Of a stretch of 64,000 nt of DNA, positions 10,717-21,187 are shown piece by piece. Each line of letters starts with the position of its first letter. The first letter of the stretch is position 1. Source of the DNA: an uncultured bacterium. Its GTDB lineage: Bacteria; Myxococcota_A; UBA796; CAJQPC01. The translations under genes were made by a program, and so were the position numbers. The stretch lies in the NCBI GenBank assembly GCA_905480105.1, contig CAJQPC010000071.1, forward strand, positions 55,594 to 119,593, in the 5' to 3' direction. The notes beneath the pieces are model-generated. The model saw only the letters and a program-made list of their open reading frames with translations. It searched no databases and had not been told where the DNA came from.

Positions 10717-11163
10717 ATGGGCTTCCGCTCGTCGATCAAGTCTGCAGTAAAGCGTGCCCTGGGCATGGAGCACCAGGCCAAGTCCACTCCTGTGGCGCGC
10801 ACCCCGCCGGTTCCACCACAGGATCAGGACAACGCCGCGAGTTTAGCGAACATTGAGTGTGACGCACAGGAGCTCAAAGAGCGCCTGGAAGCTGGAGAAG
10901 AGATCGTCATTGTAGATGTACGCACGGACGGCGAGGTGGCCGGCGGCATGCTTGCAGGTGCACTTCACATTCCTCTCCAACAACTGGAAGCGCGCTGGAA
11001 GGAAGTGGAAGACGCCAACGAGATCGTCTGCTATTGCGCGGCCGGAATGCGGTCCCTGCGGGCGGCGGAGCTGCTGCGAAGCAAAGGCTGCATCAACGCG
11101 ACCTCGCTGGCGGGAGGACTGCCAAGCTGGACGGACATTGGTGGGAAGATCGCGAAGGCTTAG
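10717..11163 (+). CDS. rhodanese-like domain protein
   Basis: IVIVDVRTDGEVAGGMLAGALHIPLQQLE; IVCYCAAGMRSLRAAELLRSKG. Confidence 0.85.
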   Translation: MGFRSSIKSAVKRALGMEHQAKSTPVARTPPVPPQDQDNAASLANIECDAQELKERLEAGEEIVIVDVRTDGEVAGGMLAGALHIPLQQLEARWKEVEDANEIVCYCAAGMRSLRAAELLRSKGCINATSLAGGLPSWTDIGGKIAKA

Positions 11164-11251
11164 ACCTTCCCGAGAAGAGACCCGCCGAAAAACAACCCAG
11201 GCAGCCCGAGCGGACTGCCGTGGTCCGAACTCGGGCCCAGGCCCCTGCGGT

Positions 11252-11536
11252 TCAGCTGTTCTCCGTGAACTTGCCGAACTCCCGGCGGTTGAGCCACTCG
11301 GGAAAGCCGTTGCCAAGTCCGCGGCCGGCCCAGTTGCGAGAGACGCGGCCCACGAAGAGCTTGTCCCCGTCTTTCATCTTCTCGCCGAGCATGTCCCGCA
11401 CCTTGCGGGGGCCCAGTGGGCTTTCCAGCAGCCAGGCACCAGGAATGCGATTGGACCAATTACCCAAGGTCTTGAGTTCCGCTTCGAACTCTGGGTTCTC
11501 GCCGTTGGCGAATGAGAAGGTGACAAGCAACATCAT
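11252..11536 (-). CDS. SinR/Cas2-like small protein
   Basis: MMLLVTFSF...LKTLGNWSNRIPGAWLLESPLGPRKVRDMLGEKMKDGDKLFVGRVSRNWAGRGL resembles the SinR-family (Cas2-like ferredoxin fold) pattern. Confidence 0.5.
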   Translation of the reverse strand: MMLLVTFSFANGENPEFEAELKTLGNWSNRIPGAWLLESPLGPRKVRDMLGEKMKDGDKLFVGRVSRNWAGRGLGNGFPEWLNRREFGKFTENS

Positions 11537-11601
11537 GATAGAACTCCTCTGGTGCGGCGTCTTAGCACGCTGAGCACGGAGAGGAGTGACTGCACCCAAA
11601 C

Positions 11602-12039
11602 GTGGGTTTCGGTCCACCCCATGTAGACTGCGTGCCATGTCTTGGAGATGGAGTGCAGCGCCCAGTGGAGTTGATTCTTGCGCGCCAATGGTGCGCACTA
11701 CTGACGACCCCAGTGTTGCTCTTTGAACCGGACGGAACGCTGGTTTATTTCAACGAGGCTGCGGCAGCACTGCTTGGCCGGACCTATGGCGAGTCCGGAG
11801 GGCTGACCCGCGCCGTGTGGCAGGCGGCCTTTCGCATGGAAGACACTCTGGGGGCGTCACTGAGTCAGGACGACAACCCTTTGGCGCGTGCCTTGGACGA
11901 TGGGATACCCGCCCAAGCGCAAGTCGTTCTTCGTGGCATGGATGGCGAGCTACGCACCCTGCAGGTGACCTCGGTTCCCTTGGGAAGTCTGAGCCAAGCC
12001 AAGCTTGGGATCATGGCCTTGCTGCATGAGGTGCGCTGA
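11602..12039 (+). CDS. PAS-like domain protein
   Basis: TTPVLLFEPDGTLVYFNEAAAALLGR is PAS-like; true start probably downstream of 11602. Confidence 0.55.
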   Translation: MGFGPPHVDCVPCLGDGVQRPVELILARQWCALLTTPVLLFEPDGTLVYFNEAAAALLGRTYGESGGLTRAVWQAAFRMEDTLGASLSQDDNPLARALDDGIPAQAQVVLRGMDGELRTLQVTSVPLGSLSQAKLGIMALLHEVR

Positions 12040-12861
12040 GTGGAACTGACTTTCTACGGGGTGCGCGGGTCCTTCCCCAGCCCAGGCCGGGACTTTGTTC
12101 GCTACGGCGGCAACACCTCGTCGGCCATCTTGCGTCACGAAGGACACCTGCTCCTCCTGGACGCGGGCACCGGCATCGTGCGCGCCGGAGAGATTGAAGC
12201 GTGCCACAACCAACGTATCGATATCCTTCTTACGCATCTGCACATGGACCACGTGCAGGGCCTGGGGTTCTTCGGACCGCTCTTCCACCCTGGCCGGGAC
12301 GTGCACATCTGGGGACCGCCCAGCACCACACGCAGCCTTCGCAAGCGCCTGGGCCGCTACCTGTCCCCGCCCCTGTTTCCCGTTCACTTCAACGAGCTGC
12401 CAGCCAAGGTGGTCTGCCACGACGCCAGCTGGGACCGCTGGGAAATCGGCCCCTTCGCGGTCAACGCACAGCTCATCACCCACCCGGGCCCAACCTTGGG
12501 CTTTCGCATCCAGGCGGCCGGAAAGGTGGTGGCCTTCCTTCCCGACCACGAGCCGCAGCTGGGCTGCAAGGACCTACCCGCCGGACCTTGGCTCAGCGGC
12601 AGTGCCTTGGCGCAGAATGCCGACGTGCTGATTCACGACGCACAGTACACCCAGAAGGAGTATGAGACGCGGGTGGGCTGGGGCCACTGTACCCCGGAGG
12701 TGGCGCTGGACTATGCCCGAAAAGTGGGTGCCAAACGCCTGATCTTGGACAGTCATGAGCCCACTCGCACCGATGCGGAACTCGACGCATCCGTCGCGCG
12801 GCTGACCACCCAAGAGCTGCCTGTCCTGGCTGCAGCAGAAGGGCGTGTCTACACGGTCTAA
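12040..12861 (+). CDS. MBL-fold metallo-hydrolase
   Basis: LLLDAGTGIVRAG, LTHLHMDHVQGLGFF, LPDHEP, LIHDAQYTQKEYETRVGWGHCTPEVALDYARKVG. Confidence 0.9.
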   Translation: MELTFYGVRGSFPSPGRDFVRYGGNTSSAILRHEGHLLLLDAGTGIVRAGEIEACHNQRIDILLTHLHMDHVQGLGFFGPLFHPGRDVHIWGPPSTTRSLRKRLGRYLSPPLFPVHFNELPAKVVCHDASWDRWEIGPFAVNAQLITHPGPTLGFRIQAAGKVVAFLPDHEPQLGCKDLPAGPWLSGSALAQNADVLIHDAQYTQKEYETRVGWGHCTPEVALDYARKVGAKRLILDSHEPTRTDAELDASVARLTTQELPVLAAAEGRVYTV

Positions 12862-12908
12862 GAGACGCGGGAGTGCGGAGAGAACCGCGGTCGGCTACCG
12901 TGGGTCCC

Positions 12909-14786
12909 ATGACGCTTCTACTTGCCCTGGCCTGTGCAAACGGCCCCGCTGCTCTGGTCGCTCCCGACCGCTCAGAGCATCTCTTGGACCGGCCCTTCCC
13001 CAGCGAAGAGCTGATGGACGAAGACGGCACCATCGACCTGTCCGCGTTCCCGGAGTCCGGCACTGAGCTGGGAACGACGATGACCCAGGGATGGGCCCGC
13101 ATGGCCGGTGAGACGAGCCACGGTTTCTCTCACCTGGGCGCCATCAGCTTTCGCTTTGAGGGTCCCATCGAAGGCCTAGAGGAGCGCTACGAGGGCTTGG
13201 AAGACGACCCCATCCAGCTCATCAGTCTAGACTCGGGCGAGCGACACCCCCTCTGGGTGAAGTTCGTCGAAGACCCGAAGGGCGACCCCTTCCTACGAGA
13301 AAACACCCTGCTCATCGCGCCCGACCCCACGGCTCCCCTGCGCTCCGGTGAACGCTACATGGCCTTTGTAGACAAGAGCTTGGCTCAATCCCCACAGGAC
13401 TATGCGCTACCCGAAGAGGCCCCCAAGCAAGCCGTGGTGGCGACCATTTTCCCAGTACAGGACAGCCTGGGTCAGCTCGAGACCTTGATGGCGGCCACAG
13501 ATGCGGCCCTGGATGCCGATCCCTCCCTTTTGGAGGCGGTCTCCCTGCGCCGAGTCAGCTCCTTGGACTACAGCATCGGTGAGACCCCGTCCGGAAAAGA
13601 GGCCACCGTCGTGACGGTCACTTTTGAAAATGGCGAGACGGAGCTGACCTACCTGGACAACTACGTGGACCTGCAGGAGCAGTCTCTGGACCTACAGGAC
13701 TGGCCGATGGCCGTCTACCAGGCAGAGATTCAGACTCTGGCTTTTCAAGACCTGAGCGCGCAGCCCTATGCCAAGCCTGGGGTGGGGCTGATCTCAGACT
13801 TTAATCGCAGCGGCGATGGCTGGATCGACTTTGATGCGGATGGCGCGCTGATCCGCGACCCGGTCCCCGAGTCCATGCGCATCGTGATCCAGGTACCCAA
13901 GGACAGCGCCACGAAACGTCCGGTAATGACCTGGGACCACGGCACCGGAGGACACGCCTACAACGCCGTGCGCCGCGCCATCAGCGGCTCCAAGGCAGAG
14001 GATGTCTCGCAGGCACTGGCCGACGCGGGCGCCGTGGTGGTCAGCCGCGACCAGCCGCTCTATGGCGCGCGCTACCCCCTGATCGACCAAGGCTTTGATG
14101 CATCCTTGGGTTTCTACAATATCGGCAACTTGCCCGCCTTCCGCGACAACCAACGCCAGGCGGGCGTGGACCACAGAGTCCTACAGCGATTCTGTGAGGA
14201 GCAGCTCCCAGCCCTGTTTGACACCGACCCCCAGCGCATCGGCGCCTTCGGACACAGTTTGGGCAGCGTGACCCTGCACATTGCTTTGGCCGGCCAACAA
14301 GGCACCGGCGCGTCAGCGGCCCTGGTCTCAGGAACAGGTGGTTACTTCACCTACTACATTCTCGAGACCGGGCTGCTCGGCACCAGCAACGATGTTGTGG
14401 GGCTCATCGCCCCACTGATCGGCGTAGATGAGACCACACTGGCCAGCGCACAGGCATCCGAGCTCATCGCAGCGCTCGTTGGCGTACCCGAGAGCGGCTG
14501 GGAGCACATGGACCGCTTCCACCCCGTGATGGGCCTCTTCCAGACCATCATGGACCCCAGTGACCCGCTGGCGCTGGCACCAACGCAAGTGGTGCCAGAG
14601 ACCATTGTGTTGGGTGTGGGGGATCTACAGGTTCCGAATCTGACCACGGAGTGGCTGCAGGACACGCTGCCGGACGCGGAGACCGTGGTCTGTACACCCA
14701 GCAGCGACGACTATGATCCCCACACGTGTACGTATGTGGAAGCCGTCGGGATTGAGAGCTTTTACGAGTTTATGGTGGGCTTGTAG
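12909..14786 (+). CDS. secreted/lipoprotein alpha-beta hydrolase-like protein
   Basis: Signal MTLLLALACANG; RPVMTWDHGTGG; IGAFGHSLGSVTLHIAL nucleophile-elbow-like motif. Confidence 0.7.
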   Translation: MTLLLALACANGPAALVAPDRSEHLLDRPFPSEELMDEDGTIDLSAFPESGTELGTTMTQGWARMAGETSHGFSHLGAISFRFEGPIEGLEERYEGLEDDPIQLISLDSGERHPLWVKFVEDPKGDPFLRENTLLIAPDPTAPLRSGERYMAFVDKSLAQSPQDYALPEEAPKQAVVATIFPVQDSLGQLETLMAATDAALDADPSLLEAVSLRRVSSLDYSIGETPSGKEATVVTVTFENGETELTYLDNYVDLQEQSLDLQDWPMAVYQAEIQTLAFQDLSAQPYAKPGVGLISDFNRSGDGWIDFDADGALIRDPVPESMRIVIQVPKDSATKRPVMTWDHGTGGHAYNAVRRAISGSKAEDVSQALADAGAVVVSRDQPLYGARYPLIDQGFDASLGFYNIGNLPAFRDNQRQAGVDHRVLQRFCEEQLPALFDTDPQRIGAFGHSLGSVTLHIALAGQQGTGASAALVSGTGGYFTYYILETGLLGTSNDVVGLIAPLIGVDETTLASAQASELIAALVGVPESGWEHMDRFHPVMGLFQTIMDPSDPLALAPTQVVPETIVLGVGDLQVPNLTTEWLQDTLPDAETVVCTPSSDDYDPHTCTYVEAVGIESFYEFMVGL

Positions 14787-14886
14787 AGGCCACATGGCCA
14801 GCGCTTGGTCGGTGTGGACCCGCTCGTAAGAGCCCGTCCAACACATCTGACCCAGTCAGCGCATGGTCCATGCTTTGCTACCCGAC

Positions 14887-16035
14887 CTACTGCTCGGAGT
14901 TCGGCACACCGTAGACAGCGCCTACGTATGGGCCATTCAGGAAGAGCTCAGGGTCCAACTCGCTCTGGAGCAGAGTGCCCTTGTACTCGTCGGTGAGCAG
15001 CAGGCGGGCACACTCGGCCAAGCCAGCGGCCGTGGTGGACTGAATGGCGCGCAGGGTCTGGCCGCCGAAGGCCTCGGGCAGCACCATGTAGGCAGCATCC
15101 AAGCGATGACGGCGGTTGGTAGAACCTTGACCTTCGACGGATGCATAGACAACAACCACGTCGTCTTCCATCTCGGGGATTGTGCCCTGCATCATGTCCT
15201 GGAGCTTGTTGATGCGGTCCGGATCGCTGCCGAACTTCGCCAGTTCCTTCTTGACCCAAGCCCAGTGACCTGGGTAGCGCAGGGTCTTGTAGTCCAGGTC
15301 GCGAGCCCGGCCAGCCAGAGCTTCGGGCAGGTCGGCGGCGCCGCCAGAGGTGGTTGCCTCCTCGTACGCCAGTCCGTCGATGAGCAAGGTCTCCACCTGC
15401 TCCAGGGAGTCCACCAGGACCGTCTCGTAGTCGCGAACGACCTCGGCCTGCTTGACGTACTCGGTCGCCACGCCAATCGGGCTCCAGGTAAATCCGTAGA
15501 AGTGAGGGGCCTCGGCGTTCTGGGTCAGGGCGCCAACGCGCATCTTGACCACGTCGACCTTGTCCACGCTGTAGCGCTCGCAGAAGTCGTTGAAGAGGCG
15601 CATGGCCAGCACGTTGATCATGCCGGGGGCTAGGCCACACTGCAGCGCAAATCCGGTCTTTGCGTCCTTGGCCATCTCCATGATCTGCTTGGTCTCGGCC
15701 ACGTACTCGGTCAGGTTCGCGTAGTGCAAGCCATGCTCCAGGGCCCAACCGGCAACACGAGGGGCCTGGCCACCGGGCAGGCAGTCCAGGACCAAGTCGC
15801 AGCCTGCGAGAGCCTTCGCCAGCTCGTCGGTCATGCCCTTCAGCGGAATCTTGATGGCCTGGACGCTTCCTGGGGCCTGGCTGTCCTGCTCGATGAACGC
15901 CACAGCGCTCTCGGCCTGCTCCATGTAGGCATCGCCCAGGATGAGGTCGACCTGAAGCTCGCCGAGCTCCCGCAGCAAGAGACCAACTGCACGACCGATA
16001 CCGCCGCTGCCGGCAATGAAGACACGCTTACTCAT
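14887..16035 (-). CDS. saccharopine dehydrogenase-like NAD(P)-binding protein
   Basis: VFIAGSGGIGRAVGLLLREL Rossmann motif; CGLAPGMINVLAMRLFNDF typical of lysine dehydrogenase/saccharopine reductase-like proteins. Confidence 0.8.
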   Translation of the reverse strand: MSKRVFIAGSGGIGRAVGLLLRELGELQVDLILGDAYMEQAESAVAFIEQDSQAPGSVQAIKIPLKGMTDELAKALAGCDLVLDCLPGGQAPRVAGWALEHGLHYANLTEYVAETKQIMEMAKDAKTGFALQCGLAPGMINVLAMRLFNDFCERYSVDKVDVVKMRVGALTQNAEAPHFYGFTWSPIGVATEYVKQAEVVRDYETVLVDSLEQVETLLIDGLAYEEATTSGGAADLPEALAGRARDLDYKTLRYPGHWAWVKKELAKFGSDPDRINKLQDMMQGTIPEMEDDVVVVYASVEGQGSTNRRHRLDAAYMVLPEAFGGQTLRAIQSTTAAGLAECARLLLTDEYKGTLLQSELDPELFLNGPYVGAVYGVPNSEQ

Positions 16036-16082
16036 GGGAGACCGTCCTGGTAGAAGATGGCCGCCCTATAGCGGGCTTGCCT

Positions 16083-16850
16083 TTACTCCTCCAGCAGGGC
16101 TTGTACGCCAGGCGGGGCCTTAAAGTCTGGGAGCTCCTGTGGATCCTGCTCAAAGGTGTCGAGCGTGGCGACCATAAGCAAGGTCAGCATTGTCGTTTCG
16201 GTAACAGCAGGCATGGCGATTCCATCCACGACCTGCCAGTCACGCATGACGCTTTGCTGACGAATCTTCCCCATCGGCGTGGGCACTTTTCCGCTCGTCC
16301 CGATGTTCACGCCTGTATTCACCAGAAAGAAGATTTTGGTGGGCTCGTCATAGGCGATCGGGGTGGCAGTGACCTGCCAACAGGCCTGGTCGTCAAAGAC
16401 CTTGAGACCGTTGACCGTGGCGTCCCGGTAGGTCTCGGTCATGGACAGGTTGCCCATCCCCATCAGCTTGATCGGCCCGAGCTCCTCCTCGGTCAGGAGG
16501 CGGGGGCCTTGGTTGGGGTCGATCTCCCAGCCGTACTGCCCGGTCCAGCCGGAGGTGCTCTCGCCCATCCCTTGGATAAAGCTGCGGGTATAGACCTGTC
16601 CCTGGTGCGTCCAGATCTCGATCTCGCCGGTCAAGCCTTGGGCTGGGGCCGAGATCAACTGCTTCATGTAGAAGTCATCCGAGGTGGCCTTGTCTCCTCC
16701 AACGAATGCCTCGTGGGCGGCAACGAGCTGCTCAAAGCTGGGGTAGTCCTGGGGCGCGATGTCCGGCAACTCCACACCATTGGGGTTCCGGCGGCCGGCA
16801 CACGCGAGCATCAAGAGCAGGGTCATTCGCAGTCCTCCAAGATCCAACAC
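16083..16850 (-). CDS. hypothetical lipoprotein
   Basis: 255 aa, lipobox-like MTLLLMLACAG; overall resemblance to outer-membrane lipoprotein-sorting-like proteins is weak. Confidence 0.5.
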   Translation of the reverse strand: MLDLGGLRMTLLLMLACAGRRNPNGVELPDIAPQDYPSFEQLVAAHEAFVGGDKATSDDFYMKQLISAPAQGLTGEIEIWTHQGQVYTRSFIQGMGESTSGWTGQYGWEIDPNQGPRLLTEEELGPIKLMGMGNLSMTETYRDATVNGLKVFDDQACWQVTATPIAYDEPTKIFFLVNTGVNIGTSGKVPTPMGKIRQQSVMRDWQVVDGIAMPAVTETTMLTLLMVATLDTFEQDPQELPDFKAPPGVQALLEE

Positions 16851-18148
16851 ACAGCGGCGTCCAAGGCGTCATCCTTTCCAAGCGCTAACGCTTCGGCGTT
16901 CCGGGGCACGATGACGTCGGGGGTCACGCCCACGCCCTCGATGCGCAGCCCAGTGGGGCCCACCAAATCCGCGAGCACGTACTGCAAGCGGTCGCCGTTG
17001 GGCAAAATATCCACGGTGCTGGGCAGGCAAGCACCAGTGGTCGGGGTTCCAAAGACGCGGCCTCTGCCGGTGGCTTGCAGGCCGTGGGCCAGGATCTCCG
17101 AGCTCGAGTAGGACAGCTCGTCTACCAGGATGGCCACTGGGCCATGGATACGCTGGTCCGGAGGCCGGGGAAAGACGGTCAGGTTCAGATCGGCGTCCCG
17201 GGAGATCATGGTGCCCAGAGAACTGCGCTCGTCCACCAAGTAGCCAGCCAGGCCGCTGGCAATGGCAATCACCCCACCTGGATTTCCCCGCAGATCGAAG
17301 ATCACGCCAGGAGCACCCTCCAGGGCCAACTCCGTCAACGCCGCCTCTGCTGCTGGAGCCACGGGCGGCATAAAGACGTTGAAGCGCAGCACCCCCACAC
17401 CGCCCCGAACCCGGGCCAGCTCAAATTCGGTGCGGATCGGCGGCATAAAGCCCACCTGAACCATCTCGCCGACCAAGGCCTGTCGCTCCAGACTAAAGAC
17501 CTGGCCCTCTCCGTCTGGGCTTCGGGCCGAGAGGGAGAGGGAAGAGGAAGCACTTCCTAAGAACGCATGCGATGCGGCCCGCACCATGGCCCCTTGGTCC
17601 TGAGCGGAGTCGGGATCAACCTCTGCTGCCTGCAAGGCCACGTCCGTCTCACCGATGCTCAGGACCACCCAGCCCGCCTTGATACCGGACTGATCCGCGC
17701 TGCTCCCGCCACGCACCCGGGTGACCACCATCTCGCCGTCGATGTAGCGCACCTCCAAGCCCACATCTGCGGTGAACGTCTGGGCGACTGCGCCATCGAT
17801 GCCCATCCCCACCCTGGGATGGGCAGGGGTCTGCGCGAGCTCCGACTCCTCGTCCTGGGCTCCGGCGAAGACCGCGAAGTGACTGACCTTGAGTCTGGAG
17901 ATCATGTCGTTGAGCACGGGCCGGAGCACATCCGCTGAGCGCGCGCGTTTTGCCTGGGGATAGAGCTCGTCATGAACCCCTTGCCAGTCCAAGCCGTCCA
18001 TATCGGGGTCGGGGTAGACCGCGCCGACCCGCTCCCACACGTAGTCGAAGGTCTCCATCTGGAGCTGGGCCCCTCCTCTTCTGGAGGAGGCGCGGCGTTC
18101 CATGGGAAGGCAAGAGACGAGGAAGACCAGGATTGGGACAAGCGGCAT
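16823..18148 (-). CDS. S41-family (C-terminal processing) peptidase, lipoprotein-like
   Basis: VRGGSSADQSGIKAGWVVLSIG (PDZ); GVIFDLRGNPGGVIAIASGLAGYLV; VAILVDELSYSSSEILAHGL catalytic Ser region. Confidence 0.9.
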   Translation of the reverse strand: MPLVPILVFLVSCLPMERRASSRRGGAQLQMETFDYVWERVGAVYPDPDMDGLDWQGVHDELYPQAKRARSADVLRPVLNDMISRLKVSHFAVFAGAQDEESELAQTPAHPRVGMGIDGAVAQTFTADVGLEVRYIDGEMVVTRVRGGSSADQSGIKAGWVVLSIGETDVALQAAEVDPDSAQDQGAMVRAASHAFLGSASSSLSLSARSPDGEGQVFSLERQALVGEMVQVGFMPPIRTEFELARVRGGVGVLRFNVFMPPVAPAAEAALTELALEGAPGVIFDLRGNPGGVIAIASGLAGYLVDERSSLGTMISRDADLNLTVFPRPPDQRIHGPVAILVDELSYSSSEILAHGLQATGRGRVFGTPTTGACLPSTVDILPNGDRLQYVLADLVGPTGLRIEGVGVTPDVIVPRNAEALALGKDDALDAAVCWILEDCE

Positions 18149-18163
18149 TCCAGAGGACTATCC

Positions 18164-20233
18164 TCAGACCTGCAAAAGCCCCAGCTCTCCCACTCGCTCC
18201 AGCGCTCTCTTGGCCAGGAGCACATCTCCTTCCCAGCCAGACAAGGCATCTTCCACGGAGAGAGGCTCTTGGGATGGAGATGCAGCCTCGATGACCTCGA
18301 TGAGCCACTGGACAAGATCGGCATCGCTCAGCCGGATCTGGGAGACCCCGTCAACGGTGTGTACGACCAGCTCTCCTTCTTCCTCCCAGACTCCTCCGCC
18401 GATCCAGATCAGGCGCTGGCCCTTGGGCTGGGGCTCTAGGAGAGCCTGGGCGATGCGCTGGGGGGGTTCAAGGGTCGCTAAGACAGGCTCGCTAAACCAG
18501 CTCTGCACAGGGCGGTCCAGGTCCCGGCGACGCAGCCAAGACTCCAAGGCCAAGGGCAGCACCGTATCGAAGCGGTCGTGGTCGCCGCCCTGTGGATCCA
18601 GGTGTGGCACGTCTCCGGCGCCAAAGCCCGGGGTGTACGTTGGAATCACAACGCCGAACTTGGCGGGGTCGGCGTGCACGGGGGCGTGACGTGTGAGAGT
18701 AAAGCGGTGCCAAAAGGCGGAGTCCAGCAGGCCGGCGGCAAAGAGCTGGCGCACCAGTTCCATGGAGTCGACGGTCTCCTGTTCACTTTGGGTGGGAAAG
18801 CCATACATCAGGTAGGCGTGGACCAGAACACCGGCCATCGAGAAGGCGTGGGCGCAGCGGGCCACTTGCTCCACTGTGACCCCCTTCGCCATTCGCTCAA
18901 GCAAGCGGTCGGAGGCGACCTCCAAGCCGCCAGTGACGGCGACCATGCCAGCGGCGGAGAGCAAACGGCACAGGTCGGGCGTGAAGGCTTTCTCGAAGCG
19001 GATGTTGCCCCAGAAGGTGACGCTGAGTCCGCGCTCAAGGATGCCGAGTGCCAGGTCGCGGAGCCCCTTGGGGGGTGCAGCCTCATCCACCAGATGAAAG
19101 CCGCTGACCCCGGTCTCCTCGATGAGCTCCTGCATCTGGTCGAGCAGCATCTCAATGCGCGCAGGCTCGTAGCGGCCAATGTAGTCCAGGCTGACATCGC
19201 AGAATGCGCAGCGCTTCCAGTAGCAGCCGTGGGCCAGGGTGAGCTTGTTCCAGCGGCCCTCGGACCAGAGGCGGTGGGCGGGGTTTAGGGTGTCGAGCAA
19301 ATCCAGGTACAAGCTAAGATCCAGGTCGCCGTAGTGGGCGGCGCTGGTCATAGGCGGACGCTCAACTTCGGCCTGGTGCCAACCGGACTGAGTCAGGGTT
19401 CGATGGCGCCGGTCCCCTCCGCCGTTGTGGTGCTCCAGGAGCGCCAAAATGGGCCCCTCGCCATCATCGAAGCTCAGTGCGTCTACGCACTCCCACAGGC
19501 GGGGCTCTTTCACCTCGCGCAGCTCGGTGTTCACGTACCCGCCGCCCATCCAGACCTGCGCACCGCGGGCCTTTAGGGCGCGGCCGATGCGTAGGGCTCC
19601 ATAGAGGTTGCCCGGGAAAGGAACGCTCAGGCCAATGGGCGCGTCCAACGGCAGAGTGTCGATCAATGCGTCCAGATGTTGGTCCACCAAGCTCGTCTGC
19701 TGAAGGCGCTCCCAGAGCGGATCGAAGGGTGCGGGCGAAAGAGCCAAGTGGTGCTGGTAGCGGGCCAGCCCAAAGCCAGGGTCGATGCAGGCTGTGACCA
19801 GATCCGCCAAGTCCGCCAGATAGAGGGTGGCCAGGTGCCGCGCAGCGTCCTGGGCTGCCAGCGGTCCAAAGCCCTGTAGGTCGGATCGTTCTAGCCGCGG
19901 CCCCACTGGAAGAAAAGCTGTGTGCAGAATGCGATGGGCCACGGAGCTGTCCCGCCCCTGCAAAAAGCGCATGGCAGGGCCAACAGCCGCCAGGTGGGCA
20001 TTCGCCAGGGCCAGAGCCCGCCAACCGGGCTCCGGGAGCTCTTCATGCTGCTCTATCTCTTCGAAGATCTGACTCAACCCGTCCTGAGAGAACAGGCTGT
20101 GTACCAATTCGATCCCCAGGTCTCGCTGGGAGACATGAACGCCCCGCTGTTCCAAAAAGCGCGCCAAATAAGCGGTGCCTGGGTAGGGCGTATTCAGCTG
20201 GGTCAACGGGGGCTGTACGAGCAACAAGCGCAT
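18164..20233 (-). CDS. B12-binding-type radical SAM protein
   Basis: MRLLLVQPPLTQLNTPYPGTAYLARFLEQRG; LTLAHGCYWKRCAFCDVSLDYIGRYE (CxxxxxxC-x2-C arrangement); GVTVEQVARCAHAFSMAGVLVHAYLMYGFPTQSEQET. Confidence 0.85.
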   Translation of the reverse strand: MRLLLVQPPLTQLNTPYPGTAYLARFLEQRGVHVSQRDLGIELVHSLFSQDGLSQIFEEIEQHEELPEPGWRALALANAHLAAVGPAMRFLQGRDSSVAHRILHTAFLPVGPRLERSDLQGFGPLAAQDAARHLATLYLADLADLVTACIDPGFGLARYQHHLALSPAPFDPLWERLQQTSLVDQHLDALIDTLPLDAPIGLSVPFPGNLYGALRIGRALKARGAQVWMGGGYVNTELREVKEPRLWECVDALSFDDGEGPILALLEHHNGGGDRRHRTLTQSGWHQAEVERPPMTSAAHYGDLDLSLYLDLLDTLNPAHRLWSEGRWNKLTLAHGCYWKRCAFCDVSLDYIGRYEPARIEMLLDQMQELIEETGVSGFHLVDEAAPPKGLRDLALGILERGLSVTFWGNIRFEKAFTPDLCRLLSAAGMVAVTGGLEVASDRLLERMAKGVTVEQVARCAHAFSMAGVLVHAYLMYGFPTQSEQETVDSMELVRQLFAAGLLDSAFWHRFTLTRHAPVHADPAKFGVVIPTYTPGFGAGDVPHLDPQGGDHDRFDTVLPLALESWLRRRDLDRPVQSWFSEPVLATLEPPQRIAQALLEPQPKGQRLIWIGGGVWEEEGELVVHTVDGVSQIRLSDADLVQWLIEVIEAASPSQEPLSVEDALSGWEGDVLLAKRALERVGELGLLQV

Positions 20234-20269
20234 GAGACCACCTAACCCAGCGCCGAGTTCTGCTACCGT

Positions 20270-21187
20270 TTGAGCGTGGCTGAACTTGTCTTAGCAATCG
20301 CGCGACTCCCCCTGGCGCTCGGTGATCCCATGCGGGATCTCCTGGCAGAAGCGGAGCGCAACGCAGAGAAACACCGTGGATTGCCCTGGATGGTCGTGGG
20401 GGGTTCTCGACGGGAGCGTCTAGCGATTCTGCGGTCGGACATGACCCCACCGGAGTGCGCAGCGGCCGAATACGCACTGTTCTGCGAGCCAGAAGTAGAC
20501 TGGGTGGTGACCGCAGGCGAGGCCGTATTGGCGTCGGGCGCGGGCATACTGCGCCACCTGTTCGTCCGCAGAAGCTTTCCAGGTGGCACCTGGGAGGTCC
20601 ATACGCGGGCCTTTATCACCCACCCCCAGGGCGTTTCTTGGCTCACGGAGTGGTCCCGAAGCGACGGAGAAGGTCCCGAGGGCGGCCGCTTGGCCCAGCT
20701 CTTCGTAGAGCCGAGCACCGACTCGGTACGCTTGGTCTCTGACACCCCGGAGCTCCAACCCGAGGCGATCGTCCAAGTCCCAGAGGGCGCAACTCCAGAA
20801 GACGTAGCCCGCATGGCTGGACACTTGATGGAGAGCTGGTTTGTGTCCAAGGGCCGCCTGCCAAGTGCCGTGCTGCGCTACGGACGAGGGACGATCGAAG
20901 TCCGCTTGATGCCTGATCGAGCCGCTGACTCAGACGCCACAGACCTGGCTCTTCAGCTCGCCCAAGACCCCGAAACCCTAGCCGTTGGGGTGTTCTCCCG
21001 GGGACAGGATCCCCAGGTCCAACCGCCGGCCGACCAGCTCCTGCTGCAGCTGGAGTTCCGAGAGGGTCCCGCCCTGACTTGGCGCCGCCGCTATCGCGTG
21101 GTGGCTGCAAATCGGGCACGCTGGTTAGATTCCGCAGGCGAAATCTTGCCGAGTCGGCGTGGCCGACGCTGGCTGCAGACCCGGTGA
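20270..21187 (+). CDS. hypothetical protein
   Basis: 305-aa ORF translationally coupled (GTGA overlap) to the next gene. Confidence 0.5.
   Translation: MSVAELVLAIARLPLALGDPMRDLLAEAERNAEKHRGLPWMVVGGSRRERLAILRSDMTPPECAAAEYALFCEPEVDWVVTAGEAVLASGAGILRHLFVRRSFPGGTWEVHTRAFITHPQGVSWLTEWSRSDGEGPEGGRLAQLFVEPSTDSVRLVSDTPELQPEAIVQVPEGATPEDVARMAGHLMESWFVSKGRLPSAVLRYGRGTIEVRLMPDRAADSDATDLALQLAQDPETLAVGVFSRGQDPQVQPPADQLLLQLEFREGPALTWRRRYRVVAANRARWLDSAGEILPSRRGRRWLQTR

Noticed and set aside
11034-11573. 179-aa and 199-aa + strand ORFs overlapping the rhodanese and SinR-like genes
   Set aside because: Out-of-frame overlap with better-supported genes and low-complexity R/A-rich translation.
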